Shown here: in pieces, positions 29,701-53,298 of the stretch
How the letters are laid out: each line of letters starts with the position of its first letter
Position numbering within the stretch: the first letter of the stretch is position 1
Source of the DNA: the human T2T-CHM13v2.0 reference genome, Homo sapiens
Assembly: GCF_009914755.1 (NCBI RefSeq)
Contig: NC_060933.1
Reading direction: 5' to 3' (one strand)
DNA length: 64,000 bases
Notes under the pieces: model-generated
Told to the model about the DNA's origin: nothing
The model's database searches: none
What the model saw: the letters and a program-made list of their open reading frames with translations, nothing else
Position numbers and translations under genes: made by a program

Positions 29701-30016
29701 CTATACATATAATTTCTAAGCACTTTCTTGCTTCTCTTTCCCTCCCACTTCTCCCAGCCTTCCCCATTCGCATGCAACAACTGGAAATAATTTTGATTTA
29801 GAATATAAACACACTTTATATGTCTAAAGAGATAACAGGGAAAATGGAAATAGTAAGAGACTTATTTTTTATATCAAAATTATCAAGTAAAATTGAAAAA
29901 GAACAGTATTTAGAATGAAAATTGAATTACAGAAATGAAGAATTTAGTGGATTCTGAAACAGCAGATCAAACGTACATGAAGAGAGACTCAGCAAATTAG
30001 AAGAAAGCTCTGAAAT

Positions 30017-30445
<429 letters not shown>

Positions 30446-31095
30446 CTATGTGACTAGAGATGGGCACTGTTGCTGTAGCATTGTACAGCATCGCACTGTC
30501 GAAGGGAAAGCATCTCTACAATGAGAAATTGTATGGGTTCATTCACAAAATGTTTTGTCTAGTCTAGAAATATTATGTCTCTTTATCACAAACTCTCCTT
30601 TTAAAAATATAGGTAATTATACATTAAGAGAATTTTGTAAAGAACAGTATGCATAGCTGAAATATATTTGGCATCATTTATTGAACACTCCCTCTGCATA
30701 TTAAAGTCTGGGTCACACAAACAAAATAGTCACATAGGGGCTGCTGTCAGCCAGTGAAAAGAAATACTAAATCTATTGACTGAACTCAACACGCTGACAG
30801 AAAGGCATGCTGAAATAGACAATGTGGAAGAAAAAGTCAATTCAACCAAAACAAATGTCCCTAATCAAATAGGAAGCTTGGCTTTCAGCAAAGTAATTTC
30901 GGGAAAATGAACACATGATTTAACCCCTCAATCATATCATTTGTCTATCAACCCAACGTTCTCACCTTAGGCAGCACAGAGTACCAGATTCTTCAAGGAA
31001 GATGAACAACCGTCATTACATGGGAATAACTCATGCAATGTTACACACCGATTGAAAAAGGAAAAGTATTTCTGTGAATGATGTGCAGTAACTAA

Positions 31096-31099
<4 letters not shown>

Positions 31100-31135
<36 letters not shown>

Positions 31136-31403
31136 AGACGGAGTCTCGCTCTTTCGCCCAGGCTGGAGTGCAGTAGCGCTATCTCGGCTCACTGAAAGCT
31201 CCGCCTCCCTGGTTCACGTCATCCTTCTGCCTCAGCCTCCTGAGTAGCTGGGACTACAGGCGCTCGCCACCACGCCTGGATAATTCTTGTATTTTTAGTA
31301 GAGATGGGGTTTCACCATGTTGGCCAGGCTGGTCTAGAACTCCTGACTTCGTGACCCGCCTGCCTCAGCCTCCCAAATTACAGGCATGAGCCACTGTGCC
31401 TGG
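31100..31403 (-). mobile_element. Alu with a long pure poly(T) tail
   Basis: About 35 T followed by the Alu body. Confidence 0.9.
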
Positions 31404-31499
31404 CATATGTATTTCTTTCTGAAGATTTGTTTTTGTTGGCAAGATTGTTCTTTTTTGTTTGCTTGTTTTGTTTGCTTATTTGTTCGATGATATATTTTT

Positions 31500-34130
31500 C
31501 TTTCTTCCCTATATGCACATTTATTGAAGTGTAGCAAACTAAAAAGTGCACAGATCATGAATGTCTAGCTCCACGTATTTTTCCAAGGCGAACCACCACG
31601 CAGATTAACTCTTAAGAGAATTATCAGCACCCTTCAAAGCCTTCTTGTATCTTCTCCCAGTCACAATTCTTTCCTCCCATCTTGCCAAACTATAAGTTAG
31701 TTTTATATCTTTTTTAAACCTTTTTATAAGTGAAATCGTCCTATGTATACTATTTTGTTCAACATTATGTTAGTGAAATATATTCGTGTTATTGTTTGTA
31801 GTAGTGTTTCGTTTACTTCAATATCTACATAGAATTCCCATTGTGTGTAAATACAAATAGGGGATGGTTAATATTTTTAAATTCTTGAAATTTTTATTGA
31901 AATAATTGTAGATACACATGCAGTAGGTAGTGCAAAATAATACAACGAGATCACATGTATTCTTTACCTGGTTTCCCCCAATGGTAACATTTTGCAAAAC
32001 TATAACAACCAGGACATTGACATTGATACAATCTACCAGCCTTGTTAAAACTTTCCGTGTTTTATTTGTATTTTGTGTGTCCATGTGTGCACATAGCTCT
32101 CTATAACTATGCCACACGTCTTGGCTCCTGAATCCACCACCACAGTCAACCCAGGGCAGCCTATCCCCTCAGAATTCTCTGGTGCTGTGCCTTGAAAATC
32201 ACACCGACCCCCTTGCAATGCCCCCCTCCACTGTCCCTAATCCCTGGCAACTCCCAATCTGTCTCCATCTCTAAATTTTTCGTTAAAAAATGTCATACAA
32301 ATGAAATCATAGTGTTTAACATTTTGGGATTCGACTTGTTTTACTTGGCTTAATTCCCTGGAGATTTGCCCCAGTTCTTGTTTATACCAATAGTTTGTTC
32401 CTTTTTATTGCTGGGTAAGTATGTCATGTTGTGGATATACCACAGCTTGCTGAAGCATTCACCTGATTAAGAATATTTGGGCTGATACTATTTTTGACAG
32501 ACGACACCTGAAGCTGCTATGGACACGTCTGTGCAGGTTTTTGTGTGAACGTAAATCTTCATTTATCTGAGATAAAAGCCAAAGAGTGCAATGGCTGCAT
32601 TGTATAAATCACATGCTTAGTTTTTAAGGAATCTACCAAATTATTCCCCAGACTGGTTGTACCATTTTACATTCCCACCAGCAATGTGTGAGCACCCCAC
32701 ATTCTCTGGATTCTCAACAGGCATTTGGTGGTGTCAGCATTTATTTTTAAGTTTCTCTAATAGCTATGTGCATTTAACTGATCGCTAATGATTTAAAACA
32801 CTGTCTCACATGTTTATTTTCCATCTATACCTCCTCTTTAATGAGAGGATCCTCTTTTCTTCTTTCTAAATATCAAGAGCTCTTTTTATATATTGTAGCA
32901 TAGATCCTAGTCCTTTGTCAGAAAATAGCATTTTTTATTTAAATACGGTCAATTTTGGTAAGGGTCCCACATGCACTTACAACAAATTATATTCTGTAAG
33001 TATTGGTTGCAGGGCTTTCTGTGTGTCAAGTTTGTAATCAAGTTGTTCAAATTGACATTTCTATTGATTGTTTTGTCTGATTGGAGCATCAGTTTTAGAG
33101 AGGTAAGTTAAAATCTTTATAATGTTGAATGTTCTTATTTTGGTTTGCAGTTTGGTCAATTTCTGTGTTCCATATTTTGAGAATATATTATTATTTAAAG
33201 CTTACAAATTTAGGATTGTCATATCACTCTCTTTGATGGCTGTTATTCTTTTTTTTTTCTTTTTAGCAATATATCTTGCATTAATGTCAACTTTGACTTA
33301 TGATTATAAAGCTATACATTTTTTTTTCCTTCTCTTGTTTGGTCTTTACAAAGAATATCTTTTTCTAACCTTTGACTTTCAACTATTCTACGTATGCCTA
33401 CTTAATGTTTGTTTCTTGTAAGTATAAAAGAGTTGTTTTATTTTCACCCAATCAGTTTTACTATTTATTTAGAATGTAATTACTGATAAATTAGAGGTTT
33501 TTATTGCTTTTTCTTTTTGATTAATAAACTTCTTTTTAATTATCTTTTTTGTCTGTTAGCTTGTTTCACTTTCCCAACATTTCAAGGACGCCATTCTGTT
33601 TACCTCCTTTGTGTATATTGAGACACTGTCTGTCAGCCTTATATTAATATTTTCTCTTTTGAAAATAACATTTCTTTGTTTGTGCTGCTTTTAAAATCTT
33701 TTCCTTGCCCTGTTTTTCTGCATACTTATTATAATGTACTAGGTGAAGTTTTTCTTAAATTAATTTGCCTGCTTTGTAGAATTTCTTAAATCTCTCTTTT
33801 ACTGTCTATTGTCAGTTTGGGGAAATTCTTGGTGATATTGTCTTAAAATATTGCTTATGTCCCAATTCCTCTCTCCCTTTCTTCTGGAACTTCAATTACA
33901 CAGATATTTTCTGTACATTCTATCAATTTTTTTCTGCTTCACTTAAAATGTTTTCTACTAATCTATCTTCCAACTCAACCCATATGTATGCATTTTGTAT
34001 TTCAGATATTTATTTTCAATTCTGAATTTCTATTTGATTCATTATGGTTTCCAGTTTTCTGCCAAAAATCTGGATCATTTGTTTCTTTTCTAAAACACAT
34101 GAATCATAGTTAACTATTAAAGTTCCTGTT
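31500..34130 (-). mobile_element. Old L1M fragments (3' ends and ORF2 remnants)
   Basis: ggttgtaccattttacattcccaccagcaatg and similar L1 antisense motifs; T-rich strand bias. Confidence 0.65.
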
Positions 34131-34141
34131 ATTATTGATAA

Positions 34142-34477
<336 letters not shown>

Positions 34478-35167
34478 CCCTGCTCCTTTCTTATTGTGTC
34501 TCTCTTGGTGTTGGGTCATGGGATGCTGTTTCTGGATGTTTCAGGTGAGTTTGCGTTGATACCCAAGCTTGGCTGTGCATTCTTGTCTTCTCCAGAGAGG
34601 ACTTGGTTTTCTTCTGGCAGTCAAAGGACCGCCTTGATCCAGTCAGTCAAGGGAGTGAATCAAGACTACATTTCAGCCTAGTGACTTTCCCAGTGCTTAT
34701 CTCTTTTTAAGTCACGACTCCAGAGACTGTGATTTTTCCAAGCAGATCTCCTTTGAAAGATAGGCCATGAACTCCCACCTCTGTCTCCCAGGACCCACAA
34801 TTCCAAATGCTCTGTTAAGCTTTCTAGACCACTGAAAGCACCTCTTTTATTTGGTTCCTTTGCTTCTAATCTTAGAAAAAAAAAATAGGATTGGGTAAAT
34901 CTATCAAGAACCGAAAGCCAGGCAGATGTCAGGCTCACTCTCTTGTAATTCTTCCTAGATAATAGGTCCTTCAAACTCTCACTGCTTGATAGCCCAGTTC
35001 AGGGGCTCTCATATCCTGTGTCTCCCAAAACCACTTTATCTGAGCTGCAGATTCCTGTTTGACTGCAATGCCCTAAACTGAAACTCAGCAGCAAATCCCC
35101 TGAAAGGAAAATGATTTGCAAAATGTGAAAATAATCTTAATAGATATGCAGATATGCCTGTGTCTTG

Positions 35168-37109
<1,942 letters not shown>

Positions 37110-37544
37110 AGTCAGATCTGCATTCCCCACTTCCACTCGCTTCTCCGTTGTTACACGCCTTTGACTTTTGAGACTCATGCCACCATGCAACGTGACTCCA
37201 CTGATGTCCATCATAGTCCTCTCCCTTCCTGTAGCCCTGGGCTTCTTGTCACTGCTCCCCATGGGCAGTCTGATAATTCTTGTAAAGTGACTCATGGTTC
37301 CTCGACTCTTTTGACCCAATAACTTTTCTCTCCACTCCACTGCAAGGTGTGACATCAAGATGCAAGATATGAAATGACTGGTCATACCTTGCAACTTGCT
37401 ACACTTTATCATAAAAATCTTAAGCACCTGTCCACAGTGCCATATATTTTAACTGTCATATGCTTGCACTTCCTGAAACACTTTCCCAATACTTGGGGAC
37501 CTCTATTAATGGTTTTGTCAAATTTTTACCCAGCCTAAAGAAAA

Positions 37545-38003
37545 TAATTAAAATACATTCAGTGTAGCCTGAGTGTACTGTGTTTATAAAGTCAGCAATA
37601 GTGTACATTAATGTCCTAGGCCTTCATATTTACTCACCACTCACACACTGACTCACCCAGAGCAACTTCCAGTCCTGCAAGCTCCATTCATGGTAAGTGT
37701 CCTACATAGGTGTACCATTTTTTGTCTTTTCTACCATATTTTTACTACACCTTTTCTCTGTTTAGATATGTTTGGATATACAAACACTTACCATTGTAAT
37801 ACAATTGCCGGCAGTATTCCATATAGTAACATGTTATGCAGGCATATGGCCTAGGAGCTACAGGATATACCATATAGCGTAGGTGTGTAGTAGGCTTTAT
37901 CATCTATGTTTGCGGAAGTGCACTCTGTGGTTCACACAGTGATGAAATTGCCTAACGACACATGTCTCGGAATGTATTACTGTCATTAAGAGATGCATGG
38001 CTT
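37545..38003. mobile_element. Tigger3/Golem (MER7)-like DNA transposon
   Basis: actgactcacccagagcaacttccagtcctgcaagctccattcatggtaagtg ... aaattgcctaacgac ... cattaagagatgcatgg. Confidence 0.8.
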
Positions 38004-39202
38004 CATATATTTTTTACTCTGTTCTTATGCTTCTCTCTGTAGAACTCCAATGGCACAGATGTGTCATTGTATTGTTACACAGATCCTTAAGGCTATGCTC
38101 ATTTTTCTTCAAACGTTTTTCCTCTCTGTTGCTTATATTGAATACTTTTTATTGATCTATCTTTAAGTTCATGGACTTTTTCCTTTGTCATTTCTATTCT
38201 GCTGTTGAGATCATCTTGTGAATTTTTAATTTCAGTGTTTTTATTTTTAGTTCTGAAGTGTAACTGTCTTTTCACTTGCAAGTTGAGATTTTCCTTGTTC
38301 TTTACATGCTGAACCATTTTGGATTATATCCTGAATATTTTGGATATTATCTTATGAGACTCTGGGTTTTGTTTAAAACGTCAGGACAATGTCTTTTGCT
38401 GTTGTTTTCAATGGCAATCGGCTAGGTCAGATTCAATATGCAAATTCCTCCAGTGGGCTGTAGTTCTATTGTGGTTCAGAGCCATGTGGTACAAGCACAC
38501 AGAGAAAAAGAGCAGTGAAGAATCACTCTGAACTCCTGGAACCATAGATTCTCAGGTAAGAGAGAAGAGTTTCTTCCTTCAGAGTTGTAGGTGCTTCTTG
38601 TTGGTAGCTGTTGCTCTTTGCCCAGCTGCAACCACTGAATCACCAGCACAGTATTGCTTAGGTTATAAAGAAAGGAAAGCAGAAATATAGGAGGGAATTC
38701 ATCCTCCTCTTTCTCACCTGTAGGGGCTCATTTTCCTTCCCCTCAGATCAGAAAGTGAGAGATCTTCGGGAATTCTTTTTGTCTGTAACCAGGATGTATT
38801 TCGTTTCTTTAAGCCTCCTCTGACTGGCCAGTTTTGCATGTTGCTTGTTTTCAGTTTTCAAAGTAAGAAAAATCCTATGATTCTCCTGATGCTTTATAAG
38901 TCTATGCTTTCAGATTAATGCGAAAGATTATTTAAAAACAAGCTTTCGGTAAAAATGAAGGGCATCCAAAGAAGCCTGCTTTCCACTTGGCTTCTGGCCA
39001 TCTTTCCTTTCTGCGGGGGTTCAAGAGCTTGGAGGCATTGGATCTGGTATCAGAGCGGTCACCTTCCCCACTGATGGGGAAGCCCAGAGGCCTTAGGAAT
39101 AAACGAAGCCCGTACTGAGGAAAGGGAAGCTGAGAGGACCGAGGAAACACCGACTTTACACGCCTGTGGACTGCAGGAACCATTTATGGCACGAGCGGGT
39201 CT

Positions 39203-39425
39203 TTACTTATTTATTTTTATTTTTAGATTTTACTTTAAGTTCTGGGATACATGTGCTGAACATGCAGGTTTGTTATATACACGGGTATACATGTGCCATG
39301 GTGGTTTGCTGCACCTATCAACCCGTCATCTAGGTTTTAAGCCCCACATGCATTAGGTATTTGTGCTAATGCTCTCCCTCCCCTTTTCCGCACCCCCTGA
39401 CAGGCCCTGGTGTGTGATGTTCCCA
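39203..39425 (-). mobile_element. L1PA 3'-end fragment
   Basis: tactttaagttctgggatacatgtg...atgtgccatggtggtttgctgcacctatcaacccgtcatctaggtttt. Confidence 0.88.
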
Positions 39426-42400
39426 GGAGTGGGAGTCTCTAAGGGGTGAAAGGAGAGAGAAAACACGCTGGGCTAGCACTCTGCTGAGTTCTGCACTGAG
39501 TTAGTGCCTAACTTTGTGCTGTCTGCAGCTGTCTCCCCTACTCCTGCCCCAGGGTTCACTTCCTAGAACAGAGCCCCGGGGAACCCGGGAGCTGTGGAAA
39601 GCCAGGTCTCCCTTGTGGTTCGGGAAACACAGAAATTCAGCTGACCAAGAGACGAAGAGAAGTAAAGCCAGCGCACGGAGGTAAGAAAGTGAACATAACT
39701 TCAGAGCGCTATCATCAGGCCTGGTGAGGCATGCTTGGATCTTGACACAAAAATCCCTCTTCGACTTGATCTGGCTCTAGTATGGATCTTTCACTTTAGC
39801 CCAAAGTGCCTCCTTGAACTCTCAAATGCATTCTGAGCTGAGCACGATGGTGATTTGGGGTCAATCATGATATTCCCCGTGGGGGATTTTCTCTCTCGGA
39901 GCGCAGACCTCGTGATGACCCCTGTGACCCACCTCCTAGAGCTGGGGGCTCCGGGGAATGCCTGACGTGCCTCAGGACAGAACAGGTGTGGTCCACCACC
40001 ATTCGTGCTAACCATGGAAACAGGGTACATGGGGTATAGCTCAAGGGTGATGTGCAATTTTATCAGAAAATAAATGCTATTTATTCTAACACTGAAAACT
40101 GAATTAGGTCCTCATGCTTCTTTTCTTCTTTTTTTTTTTTTTTTTTTCCAGACTAGGTCTCACTCTGTCGTCCAGGCTGGAGTGTAGTGGCATAATCATG
40201 GCTCACTGCAGCCTCAACCTCCCTGGCTCAAGCCATCCTCCCGTCTCTCCTCATGTTTCTTATGTCTGATTGACAGGGCAATAAAAGCACATATCTGGCA
40301 CCTCTCCTTGTCTGGGAGGACTGGCCACAGAGTCATTTTGCAGAAGTTGGAGAGGAGTACACTAGATGGGGCTGTTGGCTTGCATTATACAATTCACACT
40401 GCAGGGGGTAGAGAATTGAATTTCACATTTGAGAAATGGGAAAGGAGGAAATAAAAAGATGGAATGCCCTAATCTTTCTGAAAATCCAAAAAAGGCCCAA
40501 GGAAAGCTAGTTCAATTATTCCTACCATGACAAACTATGATATGGTCAGACATGCGCACTCTGGCGGGGTGTTCCTAGCCTGGGCTGCCCAAGAGGTGGC
40601 AGCTGTTCTAGGACAGATGGAGTGTGGGCCCCTTTCCTGTAGTGAGCTGGGATCACTTAGGAATGACCATCAGCCCAGAGCCGTGGGGCTTATTAGATGC
40701 AGGGGTGAGTGGGGCTTGCAGGAAATGGCCCACCATCAGTGCTCTGATGTCCGAATGCCACTCTCGTCACCTCGAGATTAACATTTAGAGGGAGACCATC
40801 CTGTGTGGCCTATTGGTGAGACAGGGACTCAGAGGAACACAGGAACCACCCACACCCTCGCCCTGCCGTGGCTACCAGCTGCCCTGGCACACCTGGTTCC
40901 CTTTGAGTTCGCCATTCTCGTTGCCACATCCCATCCTTTTCCAGACACTTCTATTTTTCTCACACCTGGAAGTGACACCTGCTGGCAGTCTTCGGAATTT
41001 TCCAGAGAGTTGGCAACTTGGGGCTCATTTGTTTCTGCTCATTTTTATTTAGTTTTTCAGATGGGCTGTGCTGCGGGCAACACATGATAGTAGCTCATCA
41101 AAGAGAGGCTGTTTTTGGGAAGTGGAGCAGCCACCGCTGATTTTGGAGCTGGGGTAGCTGCCGCTGCCACAGCCACTGCAGCGGCCTAAGGAGTCAGCTT
41201 GGGAAGGTAGTGGTCACCAAGCTCAGAGCTGTGCTTGGAACTGACAATGGATAAAAGTGTGCTGGTACAGAAAGCCAGGCCCGCTGAGCAGGCTGAGCGC
41301 GGTGATGATGTGGCTGCAGCCGGGAAGGCAGCCGTGCCACAGGGGCATGCGCCCCCAGCTGAAGACAGCAATCTGCCCTCTGCCGCCTACAAGAATACGG
41401 TGGGGCCCACTGTTCTTCCTGGATTCTCATCTCCAGCACTGAGCAGAGAACAGGAGGAATGAGAAGCAGCAGATGGGCAAAGAGTACCATGGAAGACAGA
41501 GGCAGAGCTGCTGGACATCTGCAATGAGGTTCCGGAGCTGTTGGACAAGTCTCTTATTCCCCATGCTACACAACCTGAAAGCAAGGCGTTCTCCTTGAAA
41601 ATGAAAGGAGATTGTTTCGGGTATCTTTCTGGGGTGGCGTCTGGAGACAATAAACAAACCACACTGTTGAACTCCCAGCAGGCTTACCAGGAAACATCTG
41701 AAATTAGTAAGAAAGATATGCAGCCTACACACCCAATTCGACTGGGCCTGGCACTTAATTTCTCAGTCTTTTGCTACGGGATTCTAAACTCTCCTGAAAA
41801 GGCCTGCAGCCTGGCAAACGTGGCATTTGATGAAGCAATTGCTGAGTTGGATACACTGAATGAAGAGTCTTATAAAGACAGCACTCCCACCATGCAGTGA
41901 CTTCGGGACAATCTCACTCTGGGGACATCGGGAAACCAGGGAGATGCAGGAGATGCTGGGGAGGGAGAGAACTGTGTCTGCCATGCCTCACAATCTGTTC
42001 AGTGTCACCCTGTACCATCCACGTAAATCCCTTTGTGTGATTAAAAAAAAAAAAGAATTGTACATTGTCTTGCGATTTTTCACAGCCTCAGCCTAGCAAG
42101 AATGGTTCGTGGGATAAACAGCTGGCACTTGTATCTAAAACCTAGATTGGTTGCATAAACACCATGGCATTCTGAAGTTTTGGTTTTGATTGACATTGGC
42201 GAGATTACTGTGTGTTTAATTTTCTTAAAGCTGAGCACTGTGGTGATGGGTTTTGTAATTCAGCATAATTCTTACTGATAAGAAAAATAGACCTGAATGT
42301 TATGTAACTCTTTGGAAAGTTTAATCCAATATTAAAATAGTCACTGAAATACAATTTCATTGTAAAGTTGTACAGAAAGTTACAGAGGTTATGTCGTGAT

Positions 42401-42979
42401 GCTGGGATGTGGAGTGAGACACCATCATTTGGCATTCAAGTTTAATGGTAATTCACAGTGATGCTGCCTGTTCAGAGCTTATAGACACTGGACCTGTTTG
42501 GGCTATTGCCACTCAAAAGTTCATGACCACAAATGTCCACAGCGTCTTCCTCTGAGGAAATGCAAATCCTGAAGCTGAAATTCCTTGTGACAGATAACTG
42601 GCTGTGACACCTTGAAAAGTTCTGGCGCTCATATGACACACCTGACTAAACCCCCCTTCCTACAGCAATAGGAATATGTTACTGATTTGAAACTTGTGCC
42701 TCAATAATGGAATAGTTTTTCATTGTTAACACTGAGCTAGTGCTGTAAATGCTGTCTGTTTTATGAATGCTCTTTTCTGTTTCCTGGCTAATATCTCCTT
42801 CTTTTTTTTTTTTTTTGGTGTGAGGAATTTAATAAGATAATGCATACAAAGTGCTCAGAACCCCAGCAGATACACGGCATTCACTGAGTGTTAGCCAGTC
42901 TCATTATAGCACAGATGTCCCTTCCCCCACATGCCTTTGCCCCACATTCCTGGATAATACCTTTAAGAATAATGTTCTG

Positions 42980-43150
42980 AGTCAGGCATGGTGGTGTGTG
43001 CCTGTGGTTCCAAATACTTGGGAGGCTGAGGCAGGAGGATCACCTGAGCCCAGGAGTTTAAGGCCATAGTGTCCTGTGGCTGCCCCTGTGAATAGCCACT
43101 GCACTCCCACATGGGCAACATAGCAAGACCTTGACTCCAACAAAACAGAA
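42980..43150 (+). mobile_element. FAM/FRAM fossil Alu monomer
   Basis: cctgtgaatagccactgcactcc diagnostic; TSD-like aatgttctg flanks. Confidence 0.7.
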
Positions 43151-43219
43151 GAATGTTCTGTAGAGATTGCCTTTCACTTCAGGAGTGCTCAGTTTTCATG
43201 TTCTTCCTAGATTGGGGCT

Positions 43220-44083
<864 letters not shown>

Positions 44084-44385
44084 TGTTCACTTTGTAATGC
44101 TATATATGGGCAGGGGTGAGAGACATGAGTCAGCACCTTGGTGAGCAAACCTTGCTTTAAAGAGTTGAGAAGAGCTGCCCGCACCACAGCTCTGCCTTCC
44201 TCCAGTTCTCAACACAGTGTTGCTCTGCAATCACACCATGATCTGAATCAAAAAAGTATTTTTAAATACCCAGGATTTCTGCCTGTATTGAGGCTGACCC
44301 TGATCATGCTTGCAAGTACCTGTCACCAAGTGTCCCAAGTGCACTCATCCAGCTCAGCTCTCAGAAGTGCCTAAACAAGACGCTA

Positions 44386-45110
<725 letters not shown>

Positions 45111-45306
45111 CTCTCCTTTCTAGCTGAACAAAAGAATGTGCTTTCGGTTAATACCTGCTGCTTGAAAATGAGTAGTGAATGTGCAACCAAGCTTGTCTTG
45201 TGTATCTGGTAGCTTTGTTTTTCCTTACCAGTTTTCTGCCTAATGTTTGCTTCTGTGATGGTTCTATTGCCTAGCAAGCATACCTGTTTTTGGGAAAATA
45301 GAATAG

Positions 45307-45346
<40 letters not shown>

Positions 45347-45714
45347 TGCCTGGTTATTGATTTACTAGGTGTGTGTATGTCTTTTAAACAGTTATTGTTT
45401 TACCTTACATGGAATAATCAAGAAAAGTGTAAAAATTCAAAAGTGAAATAAAAATTTTAGCAGTTAAGAGAGACTTTTAATTTTCCTTTTTAGGTGGCAC
45501 TTAGAACGCTTCAATTATATATTCTATTATTACATGTGGATGTTAGCCAATTAACCTGTTGAGTAAAAGGCTTGACTTCCTTACATCCATTTAAAAAATT
45601 TAGTTTCCATTTTTGTGCATACAGAGTAGGTGTATATATTTATGGGGTAATGAGATATTTTGACACAGGCATGCAATCAATGCATTGCAGCAAGGCAAAT
45701 GGGGTATCCTCTTC

Positions 45715-46099
<385 letters not shown>

Positions 46100-46545
46100 T
46101 AAAACAGAAGATGGAAAGCCATCTTACTCTCCTGCACTTACTGTACTATTAGGTTCATTTAAAAGAAAACATATTTCTTGACGATATTGGCTGCCCAAGT
46201 TTTAAAATCTGAGTGGAAAGGTATCCCATTAAGAGGTTTTGGATTATGAATTTTAGGGAAGTTATTCACTGGACACAGCTAGGTGCCCTGTTGTGTATTG
46301 TTGCAAAGTATGAAGACTTTGTTTGGATCTTGCCCCATTATACATATTTTTCTCTCTTTGGAGTCTTTAAAATCTACCGGGTGAATATATGGTGAGGACA
46401 AGGCAAATGTGCCCTGCCTGTAACATGCCAATTTAACTGCTCATGGCATTTGTGAATGATGTGGAATGAAAAGTGAGGGGAGAGTGAAGTGTGGGGATGG
46501 AAATCTCGAGAGCTGGTCTTGACGAGGTGTGCCTTGCAACAGTCA

Positions 46546-46845
<300 letters not shown>

Positions 46846-47319
46846 AGAGCAAACCTATGTGAATGGTGGAGTTCATTGGCTTTGTTCAAAGACGGGGATC
46901 ACTTACAAAAGGGGGACCCCTTGCTGCTAGATTAGCGTGGCTCCATTGTGAAGTGTTTTCAGAACTCCTGCATGTTGCCATTATGGAGGGTTGCTGTGGC
47001 TATTAGTGTGAGAATTTGGTTATCATTTTTCTCCCCAACCAGACTAGAACCCTGTGAGTCCCCGGGCTGAGCCCATTTTGCTCATCGCGGTATTCCCACC
47101 ACCCAGCCCAGTGTCCAGCACAGGGAAGGTGCTCAGTGCACTTAGAATCAAAGGCATATCCTTTGCTGTGGCTCACACAGCTGTGTGACTGGCCTCAGCC
47201 CCTTCAGCCTCCCCATAGTTCTTGGAAATGACTCCAGAGAAGTGTGGATGTCTAGACTGGGAAAGGGGAGATGGGAAACTTTCCTGTGTGGCAGAATAGC
47301 AAACGCCAGACCTACTCAT

Positions 47320-49720
<2,401 letters not shown>

Positions 49721-51446
49721 CATCACTCATCAGCAGACACTTAAACAGAGCACCTGCTAAGCGTCAGGCCCTGTGAGCACAAAGATGAAATGTCTCTATC
49801 TGTTGTCACCTTCCTGCACATCTCAGAGTAGGCGTTGTGTGGGAACCGAACACAATGAAGTATACTTTTAAATCCCCCAGCCACAGTGTTAGTTGCCAAA
49901 TCAATGTTAGCAGCTGCTTGACATCTCATTTTTTCCAAGGGCTTCAGTGGGTGACTGGATGGGGTGACTATTTTGCATGCAGGCCCCTAGCCTGGCTACA
50001 TAAGGCTGGGAACTTTATAACAAAACAGACACCAGGGCCATGGTCCCAGGAGATTCTAAGTCAGTGGGTCAAAGGGAACGAAGCAACTGATTTTTAAATA
50101 ATCACGGTTTTTTTCTGGTGCACAGGCAGGATGGAGAGCCCCTCAGAGGCCTGGACTGAATTCTAATTCCTCCAAAAGTTAGTGCTTTCCACCCCGTATG
50201 GGTCACTTGCTGAGCCTCCTTTTCCTGCCATGTGACATGAGGAGGATAGCAGCTGCTGCTAGGTTGCTGTATTGAATGGGATCCTGTTTGTGGAAGCACT
50301 GGAGTAATGCCTCAAAAGAGTCCCAAACTCCAGGGTGGCTGAGGATGGTGCCACTCAGGCACTAATGTGCACAAAGCACCTGCAGATCCTGTAAAATGTA
50401 CATTCTGCTTCAGTCGCCCTGGGTGGGGCCTGTGAATCTGCCTTTAGAGCACACTCCCATATAAGTCAATGTTCTGTTGTGTGAACCGTGGGTCCTTTGA
50501 GTGGTAAAGGTTGAGGAAATTTGCATGTGGTGTCATGCATGACCTCCTAGTTGAGGTCTTCATGATGTTGGCATTTGAGAAGATCACAAGATTGCTTCAT
50601 ATTTGATAAATGGTATCTGCTGTAATACTAATAACCAAAAGAAAAGCCATTCTAACCCCCAAGCCAGCAATCATAGAAACAGTGAACCCTCCAGCTCTGA
50701 GCACTGTGATAATAAAAAGCAAGCAGCCCACTAGAACACCGGCTAGAGAAAAATAGAACAGTCAAACTTGCGACTGTCGTAAAGCACTGCATAAGCAGCA
50801 TACGTTGCATAGGCAGATGAATAAATCAACCCCACCCACTGCAAATGCAGCCTATTTCAATATGCTTCATACCAAAGTACTTTTGATTAGACGGTTTATC
50901 CAGGAGGTAAATGCAAATTACTCTGGGTGTGTTCCCTTCAGCCAGCTGTTGAGGAATCTTAAGTGCAAGGGTTTGGCACCCGTAGATTTTATTTCGTGCA
51001 AGCCCAATGATGCACTGTTTTCTTAGGCAGGGATTTTGAGTATGTCTTTCAGAGCTGCAATTTTCAGCAGCACAGCCAGAGCGTTTCAAAGGATGATCAT
51101 GAGAATGAGATTCAGGTGATTGGAGGTGCGCACAGTTTCGTGAAGAGGGTTATTCGTGTGGGATACAGCCCAGGATGGCACATGCCAGACCTCTTTTAAG
51201 TTGATGACATTTGCAACAGGCTCTCACAAGCAGAGCATGTAGAAAAATGAAATACATTCTGAAATTATGCAGGTAAAAGAAATCAAGCTCTTCATTGCAG
51301 AGAGGGCTTGAGAGCAGACAGAGGAGAAAGCAGAAAGGGTTTGCAGAGGCCCCAGTATTCCAGAACAGCCTTGACTTCAAGGAGACTGCTCTAATGTCCC
51401 CATAATCACCCCAGTATTTGTCACACCAAAAATATCATTACCATAA

Positions 51447-52121
<675 letters not shown>

Positions 52122-52859
52122 CTTTTTCTTATTTAATATTCAAAACAACCTTAGGAGGTGAGACTATTATTATTCCCACTTTGGAATGTGAAAACTAAGG
52201 TTGAAAGTCATGTAGTTAGAAGCAGTGAGGACAGGATCCAAGTACGACTGAGCAGCATGTGGAATTCCATTGCATCGAATTGCATGGTGCTGTTTCCTCT
52301 CTGCTCGGGGGAGCCTGGCCCAAGACACAGCAGCAGCCTGGCCAGTGTTGTCCCCACTTTCTACTTCTGCCATTTACTGCTTCCCACTGATGACAGCTCT
52401 ACCACCCACACTTCTCCAAGGTCATGTCTTGTCTAAGAGTGGTGTCCCTGATGTATTTTAAATAAAAAGCGGCATTTTTACAAAATGCATATGGCAGAAC
52501 TCCATGAAAAAGAACCACCCTCAGTTCTGTGTGTGTGCATGTGTGTGCCCGTGTGGGCTTCAGATCCCTTGCACTTCCCTCCACTTTGAGGAGGGAATGG
52601 GGAGGTTGTCCCAATCACGACTGTATTTTGAGCCTGGTGTGATAGAGCCCAGAATGAAAGTTAATTTGTTTTAGAGAAAATAATGCGGCATTTTACATTC
52701 ACACAGCAGTGAAGTTAACACTTCATCCCAGTTACACATGCAAAGGGGCCAGACTGACTCCAAACCCCGGAGTTTGTCCTCAGTTTTAGCTGCTGCTGTG
52801 TCCCATCTGCACCAAGGACCTTTATTGATTTCTCCAGCGGTTATTAGCAACACTGCTGA

Positions 52860-53298
<439 letters not shown>

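Noticed and set aside
41541-41900. 119-aa 14-3-3-like ORF as a functional gene
   Set aside because: TTG start, upstream frameshifts, premature stop, substitutions at conserved residues, no introns: a pseudogene fragment.
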